Part shown: piece after piece, positions 1 through 6,824 of the stretch
Position numbering within the stretch: the stretch's first letter is position 1
Layout of the letters: each line of letters begins with the position of its first letter
Source: Escherichia phage JeanTinguely
Direction: 5' to 3' (one strand)
Sequence record: MZ501081
Length of the DNA: 39,842 nucleotides
Made by a program: the position numbers and the translations under genes
Notes under the pieces: model-generated
Told to the model about the DNA's origin: nothing
Databases searched by the model: none
The model's input: only the letters and a program-made list of their open reading frames with translations

Positions 1-204
1 ATGCTGTCATTAGATTTTAACAACGAGGTAGTGAAGGCTGCTCCGATTGTAGGGACTGGTGTAGCCGATGGTGCTGCCAGACTCTTTTGGGGACTTTCAT
101 TAAACGAGTGGTTCTATATTGCTGCTATCGCCTACACAGTGGTTCAGATTGGTGCCAAGGTAGTCGATAAGATGATTGACTGGAAGAAAGCCAATAAGGA
201 GTAA
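1..204 (+). CDS. 17.5: Holin (T7 gp17.5 homolog), 67 aa
   Basis: Translation MLSLDFNNE...DWKKANKE is colinear with T7 gp17.5 over the full 67 aa; RBS aaaggagga lies at the window's 3' end if circular. Confidence 0.9.
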   Translation: MLSLDFNNEVVKAAPIVGTGVADGAARLFWGLSLNEWFYIAAIAYTVVQIGAKVVDKMIDWKKANKE

Positions 205-207
205 TAT

Positions 208-477
208 ATGGAAAAAGATAAGAGCCTTATTACATTCTTAGAGATGTTGGACACTGCGATGGCTCAGCGTATGCTTGCGGACCTTTCGGACCCTGAGCGC
301 CGCTCTCCGCAACTCTATAACGCCATCAACAAACTATTAGACCGCCACAAGTTCCAGATTGGTAAGTTGCAGCCGGATGTTCACATCTTGGGTGGCCTTG
401 CTGGTGCTCTTGAAGAGTACAAAGAGAAAGTCGGTGATAACGGTCTTACGGATGACGATATTTACACTTTACAGTGA
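208..477 (+). CDS. 18: Terminase small subunit / DNA maturation protein A (gp18), 89 aa
   Basis: 89-aa ORF MEKDKSLITFLEMLD... matches T7 gp18 in sequence and length; position directly after holin. Confidence 0.9.
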   Translation: MEKDKSLITFLEMLDTAMAQRMLADLSDPERRSPQLYNAINKLLDRHKFQIGKLQPDVHILGGLAGALEEYKEKVGDNGLTDDDIYTLQ

Positions 478-520
478 TATACTCAAGGCCACTACCTATA
501 GTGGTCTTTATGGATGTCAT
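478..520 (+). promoter_or_regulatory. RNase III processing site (R18.5-like hairpin)
   Basis: Motif actcaaggcc...ctttatgg shared with other T7 RNase III sites in this window (R0.5, R1.1, R6.5); located between genes 18 and 18.5 as in T7. Confidence 0.45.
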
Positions 521-571
521 TGTCTATACGAGATGCTCCTACGTGAAATCTGAAAGTTAACGGGAGGCATT

Positions 572-1015
572 ATGCTGCAATTTTTACGTAAGCTAATCCC
601 TTGGGTTCTCGCTGGGATGCTATTCGGGTTAGGATGGCATCTAGGGTCAGACTCAATGGACGCTAAATGGAAACAGGAGGTACACAATGAGTACGTTAAG
701 AGAGTTGAGGCTACGGCGAGCACTCAAAGAGCAATCAATGAAATATCGGCTAAGTATCAAGAAGACCTTGCCGCGCTGGAAGGGAGCACTGATAGGATTA
801 TTTCTGATTTGCGTAGCGACAATAAGCGGTTGCGCGTCAGAGTCAAAACTACCGGAGCCTCCGATGGTCAGTGTGGATTCGAGCCTGATGGTCGAGCCGA
901 ACTTGACGACCGAGATGCTAAGCGTATTCTCGCAGTGACCCAGAAGGGTGACGCATGGATTCGTGCGTTACAGGATACTATTCGTGAACTGCAACATAAG
1001 CAGGCAATCAAGTAA
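572..1015 (+). CDS. 18.5: i-spanin (Rz-like, gp18.5), 147 aa
   Basis: ORF MLQFLRKLIPWVLAGMLFGLGW... with N-terminal TM segment; matches T7 gp18.5; RBS gggagg upstream. Confidence 0.85.
   Translation: MLQFLRKLIPWVLAGMLFGLGWHLGSDSMDAKWKQEVHNEYVKRVEATASTQRAINEISAKYQEDLAALEGSTDRIISDLRSDNKRLRVRVKTTGASDGQCGFEPDGRAELDDRDAKRILAVTQKGDAWIRALQDTIRELQHKQAIK
687..938 (+). CDS. 18.7: o-spanin (Rz1-like lipoprotein, gp18.7), embedded in 18.5 in another frame
   Basis: 83-aa ORF MSTLRELRLRR...ATISGCASE has a lipobox-like TISGC and matches T7 gp18.7; wholly inside gene 18.5. Confidence 0.8.
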   Translation: MSTLRELRLRRALKEQSMKYRLSIKKTLPRWKGALIGLFLICVATISGCASESKLPEPPMVSVDSSLMVEPNLTTEMLSVFSQ

Positions 1016-1024
1016 GGAGGCAAC

Positions 1025-2785
1025 GTGTCTACTCAAGCCAATCGTAATGCGCTCGTAGTGGCGCAACTGAAAGGAGACTTCGTGGCGTTCCTGTTCGTCT
1101 TATGGAAGGCGTTAAACCTTCCGGTGCCCACTAAGTGTCAGATTGACATGGCTAAGGTACTGGCGAATGGAGAAAACAAGAAGTTTATTCTACAGGCTTT
1201 CCGCGGTATCGGTAAGTCATTCATCACATGTGCGTTCGTTGTGTGGTCCTTATGGAGAGACCCTCAGTTGAAGATACTTATCGTATCAGCCTCTAAGGAA
1301 CGTGCAGACGCTAACTCCATCTTCATTAAGAACATCATTGACCTTCTACCGTTCCTAGCTGAGTTAAAGCCAAGACCCGGACAGCGTGATTCTGTAATCA
1401 GCTTTGACGTTGGCCCAGCTAAACCTGACCACTCTCCTAGTGTTAAATCGGTGGGTATCACTGGTCAGTTAACTGGTAGCCGTGCTGACATTATCATTGC
1501 GGATGACGTTGAGATTCCGTCGAATAGTGCAACTATGGGTGCCCGTGAGAAGCTATGGACTCTGGTTCAGGAGTTCGCTGCGTTACTTAAACCGCTGCCT
1601 TCCTCTCGCGTTATCTACCTTGGTACACCTCAGACCGAGATGACTCTCTATAAGGAACTTGAGGATAACCGTGGGTACACCACTATCATCTGGCCTGCTC
1701 TGTACCCAAGGACGCATGAAGAGAACCTCTATTACGCACAACGTCTTGCGCCTATGTTACGCGCTGAGTACGATGAGAACCCTGAGGCGCTCGCTGGGAC
1801 TCCTACGGACCCTGTGCGCTTTGACCGTGATGACCTGCGTGAGCGTGAGTTGGAATATGGTAAGGCTGGCTTCACACTACAGTTCATGCTTAACCCGAAC
1901 CTGAGTGATGCCGAGAAGTACCCTCTGAGGCTCCGTGACGCTATCGTAGCGGCCTTAGACTTAGAGAAGGCCCCAATGCATTACCAGTGGCTTCCGAACC
2001 GTCAGAACATCATTGAGGACCTTCCTAACGTGGGTCTTAAAGGTGATGACCTGCATACCTATCATGATTGTTCCAACAACTCAGGTCAGTACCAACAGAA
2101 GATTCTGGTCATTGACCCTAGTGGTCGCGGTAAGGACGAAACAGGTTACGCTGTGCTGTACACCTTGAACGGTTACATCTACCTTATGGAAGCTGGAGGT
2201 TTCCGTGATGGCTACTCCGATAAGACCCTTGAGTTGCTCGCTAAGAAAGCGAAGCAATGGGGAGTCCAGACGGTTGTCTATGAGAGTAACTTCGGTGATG
2301 GTATGTTCGGTAAGGTATTCAGTCCTATCCTTCTTAAACACCACAACTGTGCGATGGAAGAGATTCGTGCTCGTGGTATGAAGGAGATGCGTATTTGTGA
2401 TACCCTTGAGCCAGTCATGCAGACTCACCGCCTTGTCATTCGTGATGAGGTCATTAGGGCCGACTATCAGTCCGCTCGTGATGTAGACGGTAAGCATGAC
2501 ATTAAGTATTCACTGTTCTACCAGATGACCCGTATCACCCGTGATAAAGGCGCTCTGGCTCACGATGACCGATTAGATGCCCTTGCGTTAGGCGTTGAGT
2601 ATCTCCGTGAGTCCATGCAGTTGGATTCCATTAAGGTCGAAGGTGAAGTGCTTGCTGACTTCCTTGAGGAGCACATGATGCGTCCTACAGTGTCTGCTAC
2701 CCACATCATTGAGATGTCTGTGGGAGGGGTTGATGTGTACTCTGAGGACGATGAGGGTTACGGTACGTCTTTCATTGAGTGGTGA
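1025..2785 (+). CDS. 19: Terminase large subunit / DNA maturation protein B (gp19), 586 aa
   Basis: GTG start after RBS taaggagg; 586-aa product colinear with T7 gp19 end to end (…GYGTSFIEW). Confidence 0.95.
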   Translation: MSTQANRNALVVAQLKGDFVAFLFVLWKALNLPVPTKCQIDMAKVLANGENKKFILQAFRGIGKSFITCAFVVWSLWRDPQLKILIVSASKERADANSIFIKNIIDLLPFLAELKPRPGQRDSVISFDVGPAKPDHSPSVKSVGITGQLTGSRADIIIADDVEIPSNSATMGAREKLWTLVQEFAALLKPLPSSRVIYLGTPQTEMTLYKELEDNRGYTTIIWPALYPRTHEENLYYAQRLAPMLRAEYDENPEALAGTPTDPVRFDRDDLRERELEYGKAGFTLQFMLNPNLSDAEKYPLRLRDAIVAALDLEKAPMHYQWLPNRQNIIEDLPNVGLKGDDLHTYHDCSNNSGQYQQKILVIDPSGRGKDETGYAVLYTLNGYIYLMEAGGFRDGYSDKTLELLAKKAKQWGVQTVVYESNFGDGMFGKVFSPILLKHHNCAMEEIRARGMKEMRICDTLEPVMQTHRLVIRDEVIRADYQSARDVDGKHDIKYSLFYQMTRITRDKGALAHDDRLDALALGVEYLRESMQLDSIKVEGEVLADFLEEHMMRPTVSATHIIEMSVGGVDVYSEDDEGYGTSFIEW

Positions 2786-2822
2786 TTTATGAGGCCAAGG
2801 AGGGCCACTTTAAGGAGGTAAT

Positions 2823-3263
2823 ATGATAAGCAAGAAGAAGTATGTAATTGATAAGGATACTGGCTGCTGGAACTTTAAGGGCTGTAAGACGAAGACTGGC
2901 TATGGTCGCATTCGTGTAAATGGAGTCCATTGGATGGCCCACAGGTATTCCCTGAGTTGTCATCTAGGTAGACCGATAGCTGACGGAATGGTTGTGATGC
3001 ACCTATGTGATAATCCTTCATGCGTTAACCCTGAGCACCTTAAGGAAGGGACTCAGAAGGAGAACATAGAGGATTGTATATCAAAAGGCAGGGCAACAAA
3101 GGCTACTGGCAAACGTGTGTCGAGGAGGGACCCTAGTGAGGAACGTAAGGCTATGGTCATTCGTCGATACCATAAAGGGTGGACAGCAACGTCCATAGCG
3201 AGATACCATAAGCTCTCTGTGGCGTGGGTAAAGCTGGTAATTGAGGCTTACCTAAGTGATTGA
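2823..3263 (+). CDS. Free-standing HNH homing endonuclease, 146 aa
   Basis: RBS aaggagg 7 nt before ATG; HNH motif with paired Cys/His (…GYGRIRVNGVHWMAHRYS…HLCDNPSCVNPEHL…); no counterpart at this locus in T7. Confidence 0.8.
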   Translation: MISKKKYVIDKDTGCWNFKGCKTKTGYGRIRVNGVHWMAHRYSLSCHLGRPIADGMVVMHLCDNPSCVNPEHLKEGTQKENIEDCISKGRATKATGKRVSRRDPSEERKAMVIRRYHKGWTATSIARYHKLSVAWVKLVIEAYLSD

Positions 3264-3314
3264 TATTTGAAATTAGTGATACAGGTCTAAGTATATGATT
3301 CCAGACCATTATTC

Positions 3315-3337
3315 TAATTCGACTCACTATAGGGAGA
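3315..3337 (+). promoter_or_regulatory. T7 RNAP promoter, phiOR equivalent
   Basis: taattcgactcactatagggaga, 1 mismatch to the 23-bp T7 consensus taatacgactcactatagggaga. Confidence 0.8.
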
Positions 3338-3428
3338 AGCCTACCTAAAGATAACTATAAGACTTAAAGTGGCCTATAAGGTAGGTTGTTATTATTGTTA
3401 ATACAACCAACATAAAGGGAGGAGACTA

Positions 3429-3578
3429 ATGTTCCGCTTATTGTTGAACCTATTGCGGCATAGAGTCACCTACCGCTTTCTTATGGTACTTTGTGCTGCC
3501 CTTGGGTACGCATCGCTTACTGGAGACCTCAGTTCACTGGAGTCTACCGTTTGCTCTTTACTCACTTGTAGCGATTAG
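3429..3578 (+). CDS. 19.5: gp19.5 homolog, 49 aa small hydrophobic protein
   Basis: ATG after RBS gggagga; MFRLLLNLLRHRVTYRFL... matches T7 gp19.5; below the ORF-track length cutoff. Confidence 0.75.
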   Translation: MFRLLLNLLRHRVTYRFLMVLCAALGYASLTGDLSSLESTVCSLLTCSD

Positions 3579-3818
3579 GGTCTTCCTGACCGACTGATGG
3601 CTCACCGAGGGATTCAGCGGTATGATTGCATCACACCACTTCATCCCTATAGAGTCAAGTCCTAAGGTATATCCATAAAGAGCCTCTAATGGTCTATCCT
3701 AAGGTCTATACCTAAAGATAGGCCATCCTATCAGTGTCACCTAAAGAGGGTCTTAGAGAGGTCCTAAGGGGGTCCCTAGAGGGTCCTTTAAAATATACCA
3801 TAAAAATCTGAGTGACTA

Positions 3819-3999
3819 TCTCACAGTGTACGGACCCAAAGTTCCCCCATAGGGGGGGTCCTAAAGCCCAGCCAATCACCTTGAGTCAACTTTCAGTTGA
3901 CTTTGAGGGTCCCTAAGGGTTGGGGTTGGTCCTTTGGGTTATCTTTGAGTGTTGCTTTGAGTGTCTCTTTGTGTCCCTATCTGTTACAACCTCCTAAAG
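3819..3999. repeat. Terminal-repeat sequence of the mature genome (single copy present; boundaries approximate)
   Basis: tctcacagtgtacgg...ctgttacaacctcctaaag is colinear with the T7 direct terminal repeat, which starts with TCTCACAGTGTACGG at the genome left end; only one copy occurs in the window. Confidence 0.55.
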
Positions 4000-4140
4000 T
4001 CACCTCCTAAAGTCATTCCTACCGTCTACAGCCTAAAGCCTAAACCTAAAGACCCATCAAGTCAACGCCTATCTTAAAGTATCCTCTAAAGACCAGCCTA
4101 AAGACCAGCCTAAAGACCAGCCTAAAGCCTATCCCTAAAG
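4000..4140. repeat. Left-end array of short cctaaag-type repeats, including a 12-bp unit gaccagcctaaa x3 at 4091-4126
   Basis: Direct inspection: repeated (c)ctaaag heptamers and three perfect tandem copies of gaccagcctaaa. Confidence 0.8.
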
Positions 4141-4200
4141 CCTATCCTATAGATGCCCTGTTGTTGCCTATAAAGAGATAATCTTCAATCATTGTCTTTC

Positions 4201-4223
4201 TAATACGACTCACTATAGAGAGA
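4201..4223 (+). promoter_or_regulatory. T7 RNAP promoter, phiOL equivalent
   Basis: taatacgactcactatagagaga, 1 mismatch to consensus. Confidence 0.8.
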
Positions 4224-4287
4224 GACAGACAGAGAGACTACTTAAAGAGCCTTAAAGAGAGAAATTAAAGTTTTTAAAAAAAGAGTA

Positions 4288-4316
4288 TTGACTTAAAGGG
4301 TCATAGGGTTTACTAT
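4288..4316 (+). promoter_or_regulatory. Host sigma70 early promoter A1
   Basis: -35 ttgact (4288-4293), 17-bp spacer, -10 tactat (4311-4316), upstream A/T tract; colinear with T7 A1. Confidence 0.7.
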
Positions 4317-4413
4317 TCATCTCGTCAACGGGACAACGGCCCAAAGCCACTCCCTGAGATACCGGAGTCAACCGGATAAGTAGGCAGCCTGTAAGCCATA
4401 CGAAAAACAGGCA

Positions 4414-4443
4414 TTGACAACACGCAGTAACATGCAGTAAGAT
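4414..4443 (+). promoter_or_regulatory. Host sigma70 early promoter A2
   Basis: -35 ttgaca (4414-4419), 18-bp spacer, -10 taagat (4438-4443). Confidence 0.7.
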
Positions 4444-4520
4444 ACACAGCGTCAATCGGTAGCACACGGTGTCTTCTAGGTGACTTAAGCGCACCACGGC
4501 ACATAAGGTGAACAAAACGG

Positions 4521-4549
4521 TTGACAACATGAAGTAAACACGGTACGAT
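4521..4549 (+). promoter_or_regulatory. Host sigma70 early promoter A3
   Basis: -35 ttgaca (4521-4526), 17-bp spacer, -10 tacgat (4544-4549). Confidence 0.7.
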
Positions 4550-4667
4550 GTACCACATGAAACGACAGTGAGTCACCACACTGAAAGGTGATGCGGTCTA
4601 ATGAAACCTGACCAAAGACGCTCTTTAACAATCTGGTAAATAGCTCTTGAGTGCATGACTAGCGGAT

Positions 4668-4703
4668 AACTCAAGGGTATCGCAAGATGCCCTTTATGAT
4701 ATC
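4668..4703 (+). promoter_or_regulatory. RNase III processing site R0.3
   Basis: aactcaagggtatcgcaagatgccctttatgat hairpin motif just upstream of gene 0.3. Confidence 0.5.
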
Positions 4704-4731
4704 CACTAACAACACTATGAGGTAACACAAG

Positions 4732-5085
4732 ATGGCTATGTCTAACATGACTTACAAAAACGTTTTCGACCACGCTTACGAAATGCTGAAAGAAAACATC
4801 CGTTATGATGACATCCGCGACACTGATGACCTGCACGATGCTATTCACATGGCTGCCGATAGCGCCGTTCCGCACTACTACAGCGACATTTTCAGCGTAA
4901 TGGCAAGTGAAGGCATTGACCTTGAGTTCGAAGACTCTGGTCTTATGCCGGACACCAAGGACGTGACCCGCATTCTACAGGCTCGCATCTATGAGCAACT
5001 CACACTCGACCTCTGGGAAGACGCTGAGGACTTACTGAACGAGTACCTTGAGGAAGTCGAGGAAGAGGAAGAGGAAGAAGAGTAA
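4732..5085 (+). CDS. 0.3: Ocr anti-restriction protein (gp0.3, DNA mimic), 117 aa
   Basis: [22 protein letters not shown]... matches T7 Ocr; highly acidic; C-terminus is a run of eight Glu. Confidence 0.95.
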   Translation: MAMSNMTYKNVFDHAYEMLKENIRYDDIRDTDDLHDAIHMAADSAVPHYYSDIFSVMASEGIDLEFEDSGLMPDTKDVTRILQARIYEQLTLDLWEDAEDLLNEYLEEVEEEEEEEE

Positions 5086-5237
5086 TGACTAATAGCACGC
5101 AATACGGTCTGACCGCTCAAACTGTGCTGTTCTATAGTGACATGGTGCGCTGCGGGTTTGATTGGTCGCTCGCAATGGCACACCTTAAGGAACTGTACGA
5201 AAACAACAAGGCAATAGCTTTGGAATCTGCTGAGTGA
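5085..5237 (+). CDS. 0.4: gp0.4 homolog (FtsZ inhibitor in T7), 50 aa
   Basis: ATG overlaps the 0.3 stop (taATG); [25 protein letters not shown]... closely matches T7 gp0.4. Confidence 0.75.
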   Translation: MTNSTQYGLTAQTVLFYSDMVRCGFDWSLAMAHLKELYENNKAIALESAE

Positions 5238-5238
5238 T

Positions 5239-5276
5239 AAACTCAAGGTCGCTCCTAGCGAGTGGCCTTTATGATT
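5239..5276 (+). promoter_or_regulatory. RNase III processing site R0.5
   Basis: actcaaggtcgctcctagcgagtggcctttatgatt hairpin motif. Confidence 0.55.
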
Positions 5277-5299
5277 ATCATTCTATGAGGATTAAACGC

Positions 5300-5470
5300 A
5301 TGACGACTGGAATCTTTATGGCAACCGTTGCAGTATTCATAGCGATGGGATGGCGTAGCACCGCGTTGGAGCGCTCAAAGTTCCTTAAGCAACGTGATGC
5401 ACTACTAGAGAAGTTTGATGCTGAGGGGCGCGGTCAGGAAGCTCTGGAGGCCATAAAGTGCTATCGCTAA
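5300..5470 (+). CDS. Hypothetical small membrane protein, 56 aa (start inferred)
   Basis: RBS gagga 8 nt before ATG 5300; hydrophobic N-terminus TGIFMATVAVFIAMGW; no resemblance to T7 gp0.5/0.6 that I can recognise. Confidence 0.45.
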   Translation: MTTGIFMATVAVFIAMGWRSTALERSKFLKQRDALLEKFDAEGRGQEALEAIKCYR

Positions 5471-5655
5471 TTATCATCACTGGTTACGCTCTAATCCTAT
5501 ACGTGTTCCTTAGAGACTTCCGCAAGGGTATAAAGGTTCACAAAGCAACGCTAAGTTACTTTAAATACGGATTCCTACCACGGTTTACGGTACGTGAACA
5601 CAACGGGCGCTTTAAGGCGAACAAAGTAGGCATCTTTTACGTAGCAACTCATTAA
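5458..5655 (+). CDS. Hypothetical small membrane protein, 65 aa
   Basis: GTG start overlapping the previous stop, RBS ggagg 7 nt upstream; hydrophobic N-terminus [17 protein letters not shown]. Confidence 0.4.
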   Translation: MLSLIIITGYALILYVFLRDFRKGIKVHKATLSYFKYGFLPRFTVREHNGRFKANKVGIFYVATH

Positions 5656-5677
5656 TCACACTTGGAGAATACATAAA

Positions 5678-6754
5678 GTGAACATCACCGACATCATGAA
5701 CGCTATCGACGCAATCAAAGCACTGCCAATCTGTGAACTTGACAAGCGCCAAGGTATGCTCATCGACTTACTGGTAGAGATGGTCAACAGCGAAACATGC
5801 GATGGAGAGCTAACCGAACTGAATCAGGCACTTGAGTTTCAAGACTGGTGGACTACCTTGAAGTGTCTCACGGCTGACGCAGGGTTCAAGATGCTCGGTA
5901 ATGGTCACTTCTCGGCTGCTTATAGCCACCCGCTGCTGCCTAACAGAGTGATTAAGGTGGGCTTTAAGAAAGAGGATTCAGGCGCAGCATACACCGCATT
6001 CTGCCGCATGTATCAGGGCCGTGCCGGTATCCCTAACGTCTACGATGTACAGCGTCACGCTGGATGCTATACGGTTGTACTCGATGCACTGAATGATTGT
6101 GAGCGTTTCAACAATGATGAACATTATAAATACGCTGAGATTGCAAGCGACATCATTGACTACAAATCAGATGAGCACGATGGGCTAACTGGGTGGGATG
6201 GCGAGTTCGTCGAGACTTGCAAGCTAATCCGCAAGTTCTTTGAGGGCATCGCTTCGTTCGACATGCACAGTGGGAACATCATGTTCGATGATAATGATGT
6301 ACCATACATTACCGACCCTGTATCGTTCTCGCAGAAGAAAGGTGGTTCGTTCAGTATTGACCCTGAGGAACTCATCAAGGAAGTCGAGGAGGTCGCACGT
6401 CAGAAGGAAATTGACCGCGCTAAGGAACGTAAAGCACGCCATGTTGGTCGATTGGAGGCACGCAGATTCAAACGTCGCAACCGCAAGGCACGTAGAGTAC
6501 ACCAAGCGAAGCGCGAGAGAATGCTTGCTGCGTGGCGAATGGCTGAACGTCAAGAACGACGTAACCATGAGAGAGCTGTAGATGTACTAGGAAGAACCGA
6601 TAACGCTATGCTCTGGGTCAACATGTTCGCTGGGGACTTTAAGGCGCTTGAGGAACGAATCGCAGCGCACTGGTGTAAAGCTGACCGAATGGCTATCGCT
6701 AACGGTCTTCCGCTTAACATCGACAAGAAACTTGACGCAATGCTAATGGGCTGA
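5678..6754 (+). CDS. 0.7: Ser/Thr protein kinase and host transcription shut-off protein (gp0.7), 358 aa
   Basis: GTG start after RBS ggaga; [28 protein letters not shown]... colinear with T7 gp0.7, including the Arg/Lys-rich C-terminal shut-off region. Confidence 0.95.
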   Translation: MNITDIMNAIDAIKALPICELDKRQGMLIDLLVEMVNSETCDGELTELNQALEFQDWWTTLKCLTADAGFKMLGNGHFSAAYSHPLLPNRVIKVGFKKEDSGAAYTAFCRMYQGRAGIPNVYDVQRHAGCYTVVLDALNDCERFNNDEHYKYAEIASDIIDYKSDEHDGLTGWDGEFVETCKLIRKFFEGIASFDMHSGNIMFDDNDVPYITDPVSFSQKKGGSFSIDPEELIKEVEEVARQKEIDRAKERKARHVGRLEARRFKRRNRKARRVHQAKRERMLAAWRMAERQERRNHERAVDVLGRTDNAMLWVNMFAGDFKALEERIAAHWCKADRMAIANGLPLNIDKKLDAMLMG

Positions 6755-6800
6755 TAGTCTTATCTTACAGGTCATCTGCGGGTGGCCTGAATAGATACGA
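6755..6800 (+). promoter_or_regulatory. RNase III processing site R1
   Basis: Hairpin-capable gtcatctgcgggtggcctga between 0.7 and gene 1, at the position of T7 R1. Confidence 0.4.
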
Positions 6801-6824
6801 TTCACTAACCGGAAGAGGCACTAA

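Noticed and set aside
1659-1904. 81-aa alternative-frame ORF inside the large terminase gene (positional equivalent of T7 ORF 19.2)
   Set aside because: Offset and length match the T7 19.2 annotation, but there is no RBS or other evidence of expression visible here; left unannotated.
4091-4126. Short tandem repeats near the genome left end considered as a possible CRISPR array
   Set aside because: Units are 12 bp and contiguous with no spacers; they match the known left-end repeat architecture of T7-type genomes, not repeat-spacer organisation.
6240-6581. 113-aa Arg-rich plus-strand ORF in an alternative frame inside gene 0.7
   Set aside because: Wholly embedded in the kinase gene with no RBS; the Arg-richness comes from frame-shifted reading of the Lys/Arg-rich 0.7 C-terminal region.
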